Shown piece after piece: positions 36,996 to 46,419 of a stretch of 64,000 bases of DNA. A program made the translations under genes and the position numbers. The stretch is taken from contig JAEEOP010000033.1 in NCBI GenBank assembly GCA_016284295.1, positions 7,735 to 71,734 of the forward strand, read 5' to 3'. Within the stretch, counting starts at the first letter, position 1, and every line of letters starts with the position of its first letter. The DNA comes from Methanomassiliicoccaceae archaeon (GTDB lineage Archaea; Thermoplasmatota; Thermoplasmata; Methanomassiliicoccales; Methanomethylophilaceae). The notes beneath the pieces were generated by a model. It was not told the DNA's origin and ran no database searches. It saw nothing but the letters and a program-made list of their open reading frames with translations.

Positions 36996-39948
36996 CGTAA
37001 CTCCTCCCTCTCTTGATCAGGAGATATGCGAACACGGGCACTCCTATCGCGGTCGTTATCGCCCCCACGGGGAGCTCGTAACCAGATAGCAGCACCCTGG
37101 ACAATAGGTCGGCCGCTACCATCAGGAATCCTCCGAAGGCCATCGTCGCAGGGAGCATCAGGCGGTGGTCACCGCCCAGGATCATCCTGCTGAGGTGGGG
37201 AATGACCAGTCCCACGAATCCTATGACTCCGCAGAATGCCACGCAGAACGACGTGAGCACGGATGCTATGATCAGCATGACCGCATCGAAGCGCTTGGCG
37301 TTCAGACCCATCTGCTTGGCCTGGTCCTCTCCCAAGAGGATCAGGTTGAACTCCTTTGCCCAAATCAGCGGGATCATGGACAGGAACATGGCGGGGATTA
37401 GCACCAGCCACACCTTGTCCCATGTCATGGTGCTGAACGATCCGTACAGCCAGGACAGGGCGCTGGACACCTTGGTCCCCGCACCTATCATCAGCAGCGA
37501 CTGCACGGCAGAGAACACCAGTCCTATGACTATTCCGGCTAGGACGTAGTTGATCGATTTGCCTCCGGTCTTCATCGCCAGCAGCATCGTCAGTCCGAAG
37601 GCCAGGAGACCTCCGAAGATCGCAGAGAATGCGGTGAGGTAGATGCTGTTGGCCGCGAAGAGGCCGAAGAACGTGAAATTGAATGTAAGGACTGCCACGG
37701 CGAACGTTCCCGCTCCCGAGGACACTCCCATGATGTAAGGCTCCACCAGAGGGTTCTTGATGACCGCCTGATACATCGCACCTGCAACAGATAATCCGAT
37801 ACCGACTCCGATGGCGGCGAGGACACGGGGCAGACGCTGGTTGTAGATCAGCATCTCCTCATACGTCAGATTGTGCCCGCCCTTGCTTATAGCGGATATC
37901 GCCGCGTTGACGGCATCGCCTATGCTCATGGTGGTCTCCGACCCGACGCACAGCGATACAAGCGAGATGGCCACGGTGATCACCACTCCGAAGAGCACCA
38001 CTGCACGCACCTTGCGCTTGCTCTTTTTGTTGTGCGTGTATTCGGCCCCGAAGAAGAAGTGCATGATGTGCGCACGGAGGTCGCTGAACGGATGCTCCCA
38101 CTTCAGCGCGAATCTCAGGACGATCCAGAGCGCGATCAGGAAGATGACCAGCCCAATCAGGACGTACATTATGATCTTCCACAGTCCGTCGTCCGTCGGA
38201 ACGGGCGTTGGGGGCGCATACTCCGGATAGTTGGCGTAGAACGTTTGAAGGCCGGTATCATCTGATACCAGGACAAGTCCGTCAATGACAACGGGTCCGA
38301 CCATCGCGTAGTTGCTGATGCCGGAATTCAGTCCGATCCTGCCGGTGGACAGGTCGTACGACACCGTGCTCTTGGAGCCGTAGGTGGTCATGTACAGGAT
38401 CTCGCCGTTGACCAGCACGGGCGTGCTGTGGAGGCTGTGGTATCCTGAGATGAAATCCGTGAGAAGAGTTGCGTCACCGTTCTCATCCACCTTGTAGAGT
38501 CCTTTGTAGAATCCTATTATGATCCCTTTGAAACTGTCGGTCTCGTATCTTGTGGAGTATGTACCGGTGTTCCCGAGGGTGGTCTTGAAGTCCTTAACGA
38601 GCTTGGTTATCTTCTCCTTTGCATCGAAGGTGTAGATCACCAGGCTGCTGTATTTGGAATCCATTCCGAGACCGTCGGAGCATGTGATGAATACGGTGTA
38701 TAGATCGTCTCCATCCTTGTAGACCTGGGAGACGTTCGCGGATCCGCACTTGCCCTTGAAGTCCTCGGTCTGATAGACGACCTGGCTGGTGATAAGTTCA
38801 CCAGTGGCCTGATCGATGATGTACAGGGTTCCGTCGTAGCATCCTGCGAAGACGTATCCGTCGAAGACGGTCGGAGTGGAATAGTAGGTGTGCCCGCCCA
38901 TCTGGTAGGACCATACGAGGTTCAGGTCGCTGTCGAAGCAGTAGCACATACCGTTGTATCCCTTGACGTAGATGGAACCGGAATCCGCTACCATGGAGGT
39001 GATGATGCTGGTGTAGGAGACGTACCAATCGATGTCTATGGTCTTCTCGGGGATGACAGCCTTCTCGTCATCGTAGGGTGCACCGCCGATGGTGGTCACG
39101 TTGCAGTAGTTGTCGCCAGGCCCTTCCCTCCAATCGAACTTGTAGATATGCCCGTTATTGCTTCCGACATACACGTACTGGCCCATGACGCAGGCGGAGG
39201 TGGTGTCCATCATCTTGGCGTAGAACTCGAAGGACCAGATCTCTTCCCCGGTCTCTATATCGAATGCCTTGACGCCCGCGTTCCCGGTGGTACCCGATGC
39301 CGCTCCGAATTTGGCGATGACCATGTCCCTGGTGACCAGGACCCCTCCGTACAGTCCGGCCGGGTCGGGTCCGCCGAATTTGGGCATGACCTCCCAGGAC
39401 CTTCCGGACTTGTCGGTCTTGTACTCGGTGGTCTGGTTCGCGCTGTTCCAGGAATCTCCCTCGATGGCCGTCCAGGAGGACTTGCGGTCGGGGGTCTCTA
39501 CGGGGATGAGGTCCTCAGGATAGAAACCGACGGCGACCGGCGATCCGTCGTAAGAGGATGAGAGGTCGCTCTTCACCCACTCCGATCCGGACCAGATGTA
39601 GAAGTTCCATCCGCTGGTCTGCTTGACTCCGGTGGCACCGGGGAGGGACAGGGATCCGCCGGTGGATTCGGTACCGATGGTGACCTCGGATATGCCGTCG
39701 ATGGTCTTCAGGTCCTCGGAATACGGGATCGATGCAGCCTTCAGCGACGATGCGATGGTGGATGATAGGTCCTCGCCCTTCTCCAGTGCTATCCAGGTTG
39801 TTCTACCGTTCCCGTAATCGACCAGGAAGTCCCCTCCGTAGACATCGCCTTCTGCGGCAGACGTCTCATCGGACAGGAACTGGAGCGGGAATACGGCTAT
39901 AGCCGCAACTAGGATTGCCAGGATGATGCGGCGGTCCATCTCACTCAC
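36988..39948 (-). CDS. Fusion: signal anchor + beta-grasp-like domain + PQQ-type beta-propeller + FecCD/BtuC permease
   Basis: Repeats such as AFDIETGEEIWS, CFDSDLNLVWSYQ and IIDQATGE indicate a propeller; C-terminal ~330 aa carries IKNPLVEPYIMGVSSGA and GFVGLVIPHLSR. Confidence 0.88.
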   Translation of the reverse strand: MSEMDRRIILAILVAAIAVFPLQFLSDETSAAEGDVYGGDFLVDYGNGRTTWIALEKGEDLSSTIASSLKAASIPYSEDLKTIDGISEVTIGTESTGGSLSLPGATGVKQTSGWNFYIWSGSEWVKSDLSSSYDGSPVAVGFYPEDLIPVETPDRKSSWTAIEGDSWNSANQTTEYKTDKSGRSWEVMPKFGGPDPAGLYGGVLVTRDMVIAKFGAASGTTGNAGVKAFDIETGEEIWSFEFYAKMMDTTSACVMGQYVYVGSNNGHIYKFDWREGPGDNYCNVTTIGGAPYDDEKAVIPEKTIDIDWYVSYTSIITSMVADSGSIYVKGYNGMCYCFDSDLNLVWSYQMGGHTYYSTPTVFDGYVFAGCYDGTLYIIDQATGELITSQVVYQTEDFKGKCGSANVSQVYKDGDDLYTVFITCSDGLGMDSKYSSLVIYTFDAKEKITKLVKDFKTTLGNTGTYSTRYETDSFKGIIIGFYKGLYKVDENGDATLLTDFISGYHSLHSTPVLVNGEILYMTTYGSKSTVSYDLSTGRIGLNSGISNYAMVGPVVIDGLVLVSDDTGLQTFYANYPEYAPPTPVPTDDGLWKIIMYVLIGLVIFLIALWIVLRFALKWEHPFSDLRAHIMHFFFGAEYTHNKKSKRKVRAVVLFGVVITVAISLVSLCVGSETTMSIGDAVNAAISAISKGGHNLTYEEMLIYNQRLPRVLAAIGVGIGLSVAGAMYQAVIKNPLVEPYIMGVSSGAGTFAVAVLTFNFTFFGLFAANSIYLTAFSAIFGGLLAFGLTMLLAMKTGGKSINYVLAGIVIGLVFSAVQSLLMIGAGTKVSSALSWLYGSFSTMTWDKVWLVLIPAMFLSMIPLIWAKEFNLILLGEDQAKQMGLNAKRFDAVMLIIASVLTSFCVAFCGVIGFVGLVIPHLSRMILGGDHRLMLPATMAFGGFLMVAADLLSRVLLSGYELPVGAITTAIGVPVFAYLLIKRGRSYDV

Positions 39949-41374
39949 TGATCCTTTTGGTTATGTCAAGGTAATCGGTGTAGTCGTCTCCGACCGCTTT
40001 GGGAAGCGGTTTCTCCCTGTATGCGCCGGGGTCGATGGCCATTCCCATGATCTCCATCAGCTGGACGAACCTCGGTCCGGCCCTGCTGCCCATCTCTCCC
40101 AGGCCCTCCGCGAAAAGATAGATGTCGCCGTTCTTGTACGCATCCGTTGATTTCCATTCGTTGGAGAGGATCTTCATCATCTCGTCGTATTTGTCGGCTC
40201 CGTACTTGTAGCTGTCAAGGACGATTATGCAGTCAGGGTTCTTCTGTGCGACGGATTCCGCTGTGACGTTGGTCCAGCCGGGAACATCCGCGAACACGTT
40301 CTCCCCTCCCAGGTTCCCTATGAGGTCGTTGATGTAGGTGTAGTTTCCTGCGATCCACGGCGAAGGGTCGTTGCTGAGAGTCAGCATCACCCTGCGGCCG
40401 TCCTGGCCGTTAACCGTCTTCTTGATCTCCTCGACGGAGTAGTTGAGCTTCAGGATGTATGCCTGGGCGGCAAGGGTGTGACCCATGGAGGCCCCGGTAA
40501 TGAAGACGTTCTTGATGATGGTGTTGATGTCCTCGCCGTTGTACAGGACGACGGCGTTCACGTTGGAGGCCCTGAGCATCCCTGCCATCTGGACATCGTT
40601 GTAGGTGGATGCATCGCAGTATACCATGTCAGGGGTCGTGTTCATGATAGCTTCATAGCTGGGATCGGTGTAGGAGCCCACGATGGATATGGAACCGTCC
40701 TTGTGACCCTCGTCGATGTACTGGGGGTAGTTGCTGTACGAATCGGTTCCGACGACCTTCTGGATGGCTAGGGCCGCATTGACGTTCTCGGTACATACGG
40801 GCGACAGGGATACGATCCTTTCAGGCTCCGCGTAACCGTAGATGGAAGTCGCGGTGGCATCGACTGCTGGCATAGGTTTGTCACCCGTGGAGGTGTACGC
40901 CCAGATGACGACAGAATAATCCGATACCTTGATGGAGTACGTGCCGGATTTCACAGCATCGAATTCCTTCTCTTGGATGTACCATAGGTCCCATGAATGG
41001 TCAGCGTCGTTAGCATACACCGTTCCGCTGTAGGAGACTGAGGTGAGCTTTCCGTCCGTGATGACGTAGTCGAAGCTCGCTGACATGTGCTCCGCCTTCA
41101 CGGCATCGAGCAGGGACACGGGGTCGTCATCCTTGTTCAGATCGGCGTTGGTCCATGCAGTGTTGTAATCTCCGAAATCGACCAAGATGCCCTCGGACTT
41201 GTACTGAGTCGCATTAGATCCCAACCCGTTGCAGGCAACTGTCGCTATGAAGCAGATAACGATGATCGCCAGGGTGAGTATTACCTTGGTCCTAGTCGCG
41301 TTGGTAGGACCGGAACCGTTGCTTGCCCTATCCGTTTTTATCCATGAATTGTCAACCATTCGGGAACGCTCCAT
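39941..41374 (-). CDS. BtuF-like substrate-binding protein with extra N-terminal domain
   Basis: PERIVSLSPVCTE, VVGTDSYSNYP, SYEAIMNTTPD, GSRAGPRFVQ; extra ~120 aa after the TM anchor. Confidence 0.88.
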   Translation of the reverse strand: MERSRMVDNSWIKTDRASNGSGPTNATRTKVILTLAIIVICFIATVACNGLGSNATQYKSEGILVDFGDYNTAWTNADLNKDDDPVSLLDAVKAEHMSASFDYVITDGKLTSVSYSGTVYANDADHSWDLWYIQEKEFDAVKSGTYSIKVSDYSVVIWAYTSTGDKPMPAVDATATSIYGYAEPERIVSLSPVCTENVNAALAIQKVVGTDSYSNYPQYIDEGHKDGSISIVGSYTDPSYEAIMNTTPDMVYCDASTYNDVQMAGMLRASNVNAVVLYNGEDINTIIKNVFITGASMGHTLAAQAYILKLNYSVEEIKKTVNGQDGRRVMLTLSNDPSPWIAGNYTYINDLIGNLGGENVFADVPGWTNVTAESVAQKNPDCIIVLDSYKYGADKYDEMMKILSNEWKSTDAYKNGDIYLFAEGLGEMGSRAGPRFVQLMEIMGMAIDPGAYREKPLPKAVGDDYTDYLDITKRISE

Positions 41375-41392
41375 TCATTCCTGTCCCAATCA

Positions 41393-41578
41393 ATTGGATA
41401 CTTTATCCAATAACCATTTTCATACTTAAAAAAGTTGGAAAGTTGGACTAATTTGGTTGTTTCACCAGTCTGGCTATAGGGGCGAGCATGTTCATCGGCA
41501 ACGTATTACAGATGAAGATAGTCAAGTGAATTGTGGCCATCTTTATAATATAGGATGAATATTACATATCATCCAACT
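41393..41578. promoter_or_regulatory. Operator-like palindromes in divergent promoter
   Basis: ATTGGATA-CTT-TATCCAAT (41393-41411), AAGTTGGA twice (41432-41447), GGATGA-N10-TCATCC(AACTAA) (41553-41580). Confidence 0.55.
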
Positions 41579-41666
41579 AATGGCTCTGCGGGTGTTCCTT
41601 ACCTAAAGGATATCCGAAGAGTCAGATGAGCTTGGGTTCACTAAAACATCTGAATAAGGTGGAAAT

Positions 41667-42662
41667 ATGGCAGATAAGAAGATCATTATCGCTGTCGTAG
41701 TAGTGGCTGTAGTTGTTGTTGTGGCTGTTGCAGCATTTATGCTGATGAACAACAATAACAACCAGAACACGGATGAGACATATTACTTCTACATCAATTA
41801 CGGCGACAACGATACGAAGACCGGTTGGTATTCAGCGGCTGGAGCCAACCCCGATGACGCCCTCGCGAAGGCAGTCAAGGATAAGGGAATAACAGTCGAC
41901 TACGGAAAGTATGGATACCCCAACTTTGACGACGGCACGTGGGGAGTTTTCAACTACACATGGAACATTTGCGATTCTACGACTGCGACCGAGAGTATCG
42001 TCTACCCTCAGTATGACTCCTACAAATCATTTGTCAAGTCCAACGGATGGGATTCCTTCTCGGGATACGGAAGCGATGGGAAGAAGCTCCAGCAGAGCGA
42101 TTCCAATGTGTTCTATTTCGCGAAGTACGATGCGGCAACATACGAAATCGCCGATCCCACCGAGTGCAAGCTCTGGGCGACCGCCAACGGCAGCCCCTTC
42201 CAGAAGAAAGTGGACAACACCACCGAGACGGACTACTACTTCTACATCAACTTCGGTGATAACAACGCGAAGACTGGATGGTACACCGCCAAGGCGAAGA
42301 ACGCAGACGATGCGCTTGCAGCAGCCATCAAGGACAAGGGAATAACAGTCGACTACGGAAAGTATGGATACCCCAACTTTGACGACGGCACGTGGGGAAT
42401 CTTCAACTACACCTGGTTCCTGACCAACCCCACGACTGCGACCGAGAGTATCGTCTACCCTCAGTATGACGCCTACAAATCATTTGTCAAGTCCAACGGA
42501 TGGGATTCCTTCTCGGGATATGGAACCGAAGCGAAGAAAGTGCACCAGTCCATGTCTGAAGTGTTCTACTTCGCAAAGTACGATGCGGCAACATACGAAA
42601 TCGCCGATCCTACCGAGTGTAAGCTCTGGGCGACCGCCAACGGCAGTCCCTTCGCAGCCTGA
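41667..42662 (+). CDS. Membrane-anchored protein of two tandem ~140-aa domains
   Basis: Hydrophobic N-terminal anchor; internal duplication with 453-bp period. Confidence 0.88.
   Translation: MADKKIIIAVVVVAVVVVVAVAAFMLMNNNNNQNTDETYYFYINYGDNDTKTGWYSAAGANPDDALAKAVKDKGITVDYGKYGYPNFDDGTWGVFNYTWNICDSTTATESIVYPQYDSYKSFVKSNGWDSFSGYGSDGKKLQQSDSNVFYFAKYDAATYEIADPTECKLWATANGSPFQKKVDNTTETDYYFYINFGDNNAKTGWYTAKAKNADDALAAAIKDKGITVDYGKYGYPNFDDGTWGIFNYTWFLTNPTTATESIVYPQYDAYKSFVKSNGWDSFSGYGTEAKKVHQSMSEVFYFAKYDAATYEIADPTECKLWATANGSPFAA
41781..42653 (+). repeat. Intragenic direct repeat, 2 x 420 bp (41781-42200, 42234-42653)
   Basis: 63-bp identical block (41883-41945 vs 42336-42398) and 89-bp block with one mismatch (41979-42067 vs 42432-42520). 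Confidence 0.95.
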
Positions 42663-42670
42663 ATATAAAC

Positions 42671-42695
42671 GATGGTTGCGGTTTCCGCAACCATC
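42671..42695 (+). terminator. Intrinsic terminator-like hairpin
   Basis: GATGGTTGCGG-TTT-CCGCAACCATC 11-bp stem followed by a T-rich tract. Confidence 0.7.
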
Positions 42696-42896
42696 ACCTT
42701 ATCTTTTTGACTACTCAAACTGGCGATACAGAATTAAGGCACGTCTCCAAATAAATCGGAGAACTGGATGTCGTTACCGGAGCGGTCCAATCACCCCCTG
42801 GACGATCTGGATAACTTATGGATGAGAAGGTGAAGAGGGTCAGGAGGGGCCTGACCCGTCGCAAACATTAGCGAAGTTTTTCAGAGCCGGGTGAAC

Positions 42897-43694
42897 TCAC
42901 TCGTCCTCGATTATCTCTTCAGGTGCTCCAGCGAATTTCACGAGGGCGTACTGCTCCATGAAATGCAGGTTGCCGGGAAGGACAAGTGTGAACAGCGGTT
43001 CTCCCAGATCCATCTTCAGGAGGTCCTGAGGATATCCGGCGAAGATCTTCTCGTTGGGGGATCCCACCTGAGATGCGACGCACAGGATTGTCTTGTCGTC
43101 GATGAGGCCTTCCTGCCATTTCTCCTCTCCGAGGATGAGCCATTCGATGGCCTCATGGGCAGTCATGTAGCGCATCTCGTCAGCATGGATGTCGAGCAGG
43201 ATCATGGTGTGGAGGCCCATCTTCTTGTTCTGCATGATGTGGTCGTAAGGCGACTTGGGGTGGTATCCCTGCTCGATGAAAGGCAGAGTCACCGCTCTTC
43301 CGAACTTGTAGTTCTGGAGTCCGAACACCGTCGGGCAAGCTGAGAATATTGTAATGCCGTTGTACAGCCTTACAGGTATCCCAAGCTCCGTGGCCTGTAT
43401 CCTGAGGTCCACATGCGTGGTTGCGGACATGGTGTCGCCGGCGGTCACGAAACCCACCCTCATCTCCATGGCATCCTTGATTATGTCGTCGCATTCTTCG
43501 ACCTGGGCCCTGTAGAGGACCTTGATCTTCTTGCCGATGACCTCTTCGAGTTCCTCGACCTTCGTCCCGATCAGGAACGATGTGTAGAATTCTGCATAGA
43601 TCTTGTCGCATTCCTTCAAGGCGTTGAGCGCTTTAACTGTCATGCCGTCCGTGCCGCTGAGGCCAAGTCCTACGAAGATGAGTTCAGAGGTCAT
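42897..43694 (-). CDS. dph5: Diphthine synthase
   Basis: FVGLGL, IYAEFYTS, TAGDTMSATTH, LQNYKFGRAVT, HTMILLDI, VLPGNLHFME. Confidence 0.95.
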   Translation of the reverse strand: MTSELIFVGLGLSGTDGMTVKALNALKECDKIYAEFYTSFLIGTKVEELEEVIGKKIKVLYRAQVEECDDIIKDAMEMRVGFVTAGDTMSATTHVDLRIQATELGIPVRLYNGITIFSACPTVFGLQNYKFGRAVTLPFIEQGYHPKSPYDHIMQNKKMGLHTMILLDIHADEMRYMTAHEAIEWLILGEEKWQEGLIDDKTILCVASQVGSPNEKIFAGYPQDLLKMDLGEPLFTLVLPGNLHFMEQYALVKFAGAPEEIIEDE

Positions 43695-43999
43695 TGTCCG
43701 CGTCTATGTTATCGTATTATAAAACGTGCTCAGTCTGGTTCCATGATGCCATGAGCATTCCGTCGATGCGCTCGAACCAGGACGTGGGGGAAGGTCTCCT
43801 GCCGAAGTTCGGGCCTCTGGTCCGATAACAGCGGACGCAGAGGTTCAATCAGGGATCCAAGACCTCGACAGGAGGTGATTTAAGCGCTTCTGCAAATGAA
43901 TTGTCGGCCTCTTCCGCAAGGAGGATTTCGGCTAACCATTACGATTGGCGACATAACAATCGTAATAGATTGGTTATAAAACCATCGGAATGGTGAAGT

Positions 44000-44064
44000 C
44001 CGGGTCACTTTACGACCCGGGGGTCAGCCGGTGTCGATCTCCAAGTGAGCCGGCGGCCCTCACA
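44000..44064 (+). ncRNA. Candidate kink-loop small RNA
   Basis: TTATAAAA box at 43974-43981; hairpin 44000-44020; second hairpin 44021-44059 capped by 3-nt bulge, tandem G.A pairs, U.U and C-G; ACA at 44062-44064. Confidence 0.4.
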
Positions 44065-44078
44065 CTCCTAAATAATAA

Positions 44079-44100
44079 GGGCCCGGGTCCCCCCGGGTTT
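44079..44100 (-). terminator. Hairpin downstream of acd
   Basis: CCCGGG-TCCC-CCCGGG core just past the stop at 44106. Confidence 0.5.
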
Positions 44101-44105
44101 TAAGT

Positions 44106-46208
44106 TCATTCTTTGACCAATGTCACGAGCGCATCCACGGCGTAGGCTCCCTTGCCCTCGACCTGGACGATGACGGGGTTGATCTCCAGCTCGTGGATCT
44201 CAGGGTTCTCCACCGCGATGAGGGCGATCCTCTTGATGGCCTCCTTCATCGCCGGGATGTCGGACTTGGCAAGACCCCTTGCACCGGACATGAGCTTGTA
44301 TGCCTTGGTGGATGTGATCATCTCGTCGAGCTGCTCCTCGGTCATGGGCACATGCGCCTGGGAGATCTCCCTCAGGATCTCGACGTAGATTCCTCCGAGT
44401 CCGAAGGACACGACGGGTCCGAACTGCGCATCCCTGATCATGGAGAGGATGACCTCCTGTCCGGAGACCATCTGCTGGATGGAGACGCCGTCGATCTTGG
44501 CGCCGGGCACGTTCTTGGTGCATGAGTCCATGATCTTGTTGTATGCCTCGCGTGCCGCTGCGGAGTCCTTGACGCCGACCACGACACCTCCGACATCCGT
44601 CTTGTGCTTGATGTCGGGGGAGACGATCTTCATGACGACGGGGTAGCCGATCCTGTCGCTCTCCTTGACGGCCTCATCCGCGGATGTCACGGTAGCCTCT
44701 CCGGGAGTGGGCACTCCGTATGCCTTGAGGATCTCCTTTCCTTCCGCCTCGGAGAGGGAGTCCCTTCCCTCGGCCTTGGCCTTGTCGATGACTTTCTTGG
44801 CTGCATCCCTTCCTCCGCCGGCGGGGGCGGGGTAGGACATGGGCGTGTGGGTCTTCTCCTTGTTGATCGTGTATGTCCTGAGGACGTCCAGTGCGTGGAT
44901 GGCCCTGTCAGGGGTGGGGTACGTCGGGATGCCGGCCTCCTTCAGGTAGTTGTTGGCCTTGTCGCACTTGTGGCCTCCGGCGAAGCAGACTACGAAGGGC
45001 ACGGGGATCTCGTCCTTGATCTGGACGATGGACTGCGCGACAGATTCCAGATCGGCCGTGTCGAGGGGCGATCCCATGATGACCAGCGCACCGACCTCGG
45101 GGTCGTGCGACAGGATGTCGATGACCTCCTTGAAGTACTCGGGCTTCGCATCTCCGCGGATGTCGATGGGGTTGGTGACACCGGCGACGGTGGGGACCCT
45201 CGTCCTGATCTCCTTGATCGTCTCGTCGGAGAACTTGACCGCGTAGACGTTCTTCGCATCGTATGCCGCATCGGCGGACATGACTCCGAGTCCTCCGGCG
45301 TTGGTGATGATTCCGAGTCCGCCCTTCTTCATCTCGTCGCAGCCGCTGAACACGTTGAGTACGTCGAACATGTCGTCCAGGCTGCTGGCCCTGTAGACGT
45401 TGAGCTTCTTGAAGATGACGTTGTTGACCGCATCGGCCCCGGCCAGGGATCCCGTGTGTGAGGATGCGGCTGCTGCCCCGGCCTGTGTCCTTCCTGACTT
45501 GTAGACGACGATGGGCTTTTCGATGGGCATGTCCTCGATGGCGGATACGAACCTGTGTCCGTGGGAGATTCCCTCGCAGTACATTCCGATGACCTTCGTG
45601 TTGGGGTCCTCGGAGATCTCGGGGATGATGTCCGCCTCGTCCAGGTCGGCCTTGTTACCGAATGTGACGAAGTTCGCGATTCCGATCTTGTTGAAGTATG
45701 CCCAGTCTATGATCGAGGATCCGACCGCTCCGGACTGCGAGAAGATGGAGATGTGTCCTTTGCGGGGCAGGAGGTGCGCGAAGGTCGCGTTGACGCCGGC
45801 CCAGGGGTTCATGTTACCGAAACAGTTGGGTCCGAAGAACTTGACACCCGCCTCCTTTGCGGCGGCTACCAGCTTCTGCTCGAGGATCTTGCCTTCGGGG
45901 CTGTCCTCTTTGAATCCTGCTGTGAGGATTGTGGCGCAGTGGCATCCGTTCTTCTTCAGGTTCGCCATCTCGTCGGGGACGAGGTTGGCCTTGATGGAGA
46001 TGACAGCGAGGTCCACGGGCTCGGGGATCTCGGTGATGGATGTGTAGGCCTTCAGACCCTGTATCTCTCCTCCCTTGGGGTTGACGGGGTAGAGGTGTCC
46101 CTTGAAGCCTGCGTTGATCATGTTCTTGAGAAGCATTCCACCTAGCTTCGACTCATCATTGGAGGCACCAATGATTGCGACAGAGTTGGGTGTCAGTAAT
46201 CCATTCAT
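44106..46208 (-). CDS. acd: ADP-forming acetate--CoA ligase, fused alpha/beta
   Basis: VAIIGAS, FFGPNCFG, SQSGAVG, KSGRT..AAASSHTGSLAG (phospho-His), ITNAGGLG, KIVSPDIKHKTDVGGV, LEINPV. Confidence 0.93.
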   Translation of the reverse strand: MNGLLTPNSVAIIGASNDESKLGGMLLKNMINAGFKGHLYPVNPKGGEIQGLKAYTSITEIPEPVDLAVISIKANLVPDEMANLKKNGCHCATILTAGFKEDSPEGKILEQKLVAAAKEAGVKFFGPNCFGNMNPWAGVNATFAHLLPRKGHISIFSQSGAVGSSIIDWAYFNKIGIANFVTFGNKADLDEADIIPEISEDPNTKVIGMYCEGISHGHRFVSAIEDMPIEKPIVVYKSGRTQAGAAAASSHTGSLAGADAVNNVIFKKLNVYRASSLDDMFDVLNVFSGCDEMKKGGLGIITNAGGLGVMSADAAYDAKNVYAVKFSDETIKEIRTRVPTVAGVTNPIDIRGDAKPEYFKEVIDILSHDPEVGALVIMGSPLDTADLESVAQSIVQIKDEIPVPFVVCFAGGHKCDKANNYLKEAGIPTYPTPDRAIHALDVLRTYTINKEKTHTPMSYPAPAGGGRDAAKKVIDKAKAEGRDSLSEAEGKEILKAYGVPTPGEATVTSADEAVKESDRIGYPVVMKIVSPDIKHKTDVGGVVVGVKDSAAAREAYNKIMDSCTKNVPGAKIDGVSIQQMVSGQEVILSMIRDAQFGPVVSFGLGGIYVEILREISQAHVPMTEEQLDEMITSTKAYKLMSGARGLAKSDIPAMKEAIKRIALIAVENPEIHELEINPVIVQVEGKGAYAVDALVTLVKE

Positions 46209-46419
46209 GCTTGGTAATCAGAAACCTTTTATTAAAAAACATACGGAACTGTATTGAAGAATTTGGCTGATTACGATAGTTTCTATTCGATTTTCGTAGA
46301 ATTTCTGTGAAAATATTATGAAATCAGTAGAATTCGTCATACGTCTAACAAAAATCATGGTTTTCATACGATTCTTTTGATGTTAGTTCGACGATTGACG
46401 ATTTTAAACAACGTCGATA

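Noticed and set aside
41375-41666. Cobalamin riboswitch upstream of the BtuFCD-like operon
   Set aside because: I could not find the GGGAA/B12-box/ACTGT core on either strand; only DNA-type palindromes are present
43733-44070. RNase P RNA or SRP RNA
   Set aside because: Only a weak CR-I-like GGAAGGTC; no convincing P4 partner, other conserved regions or SRP helix 8 motif
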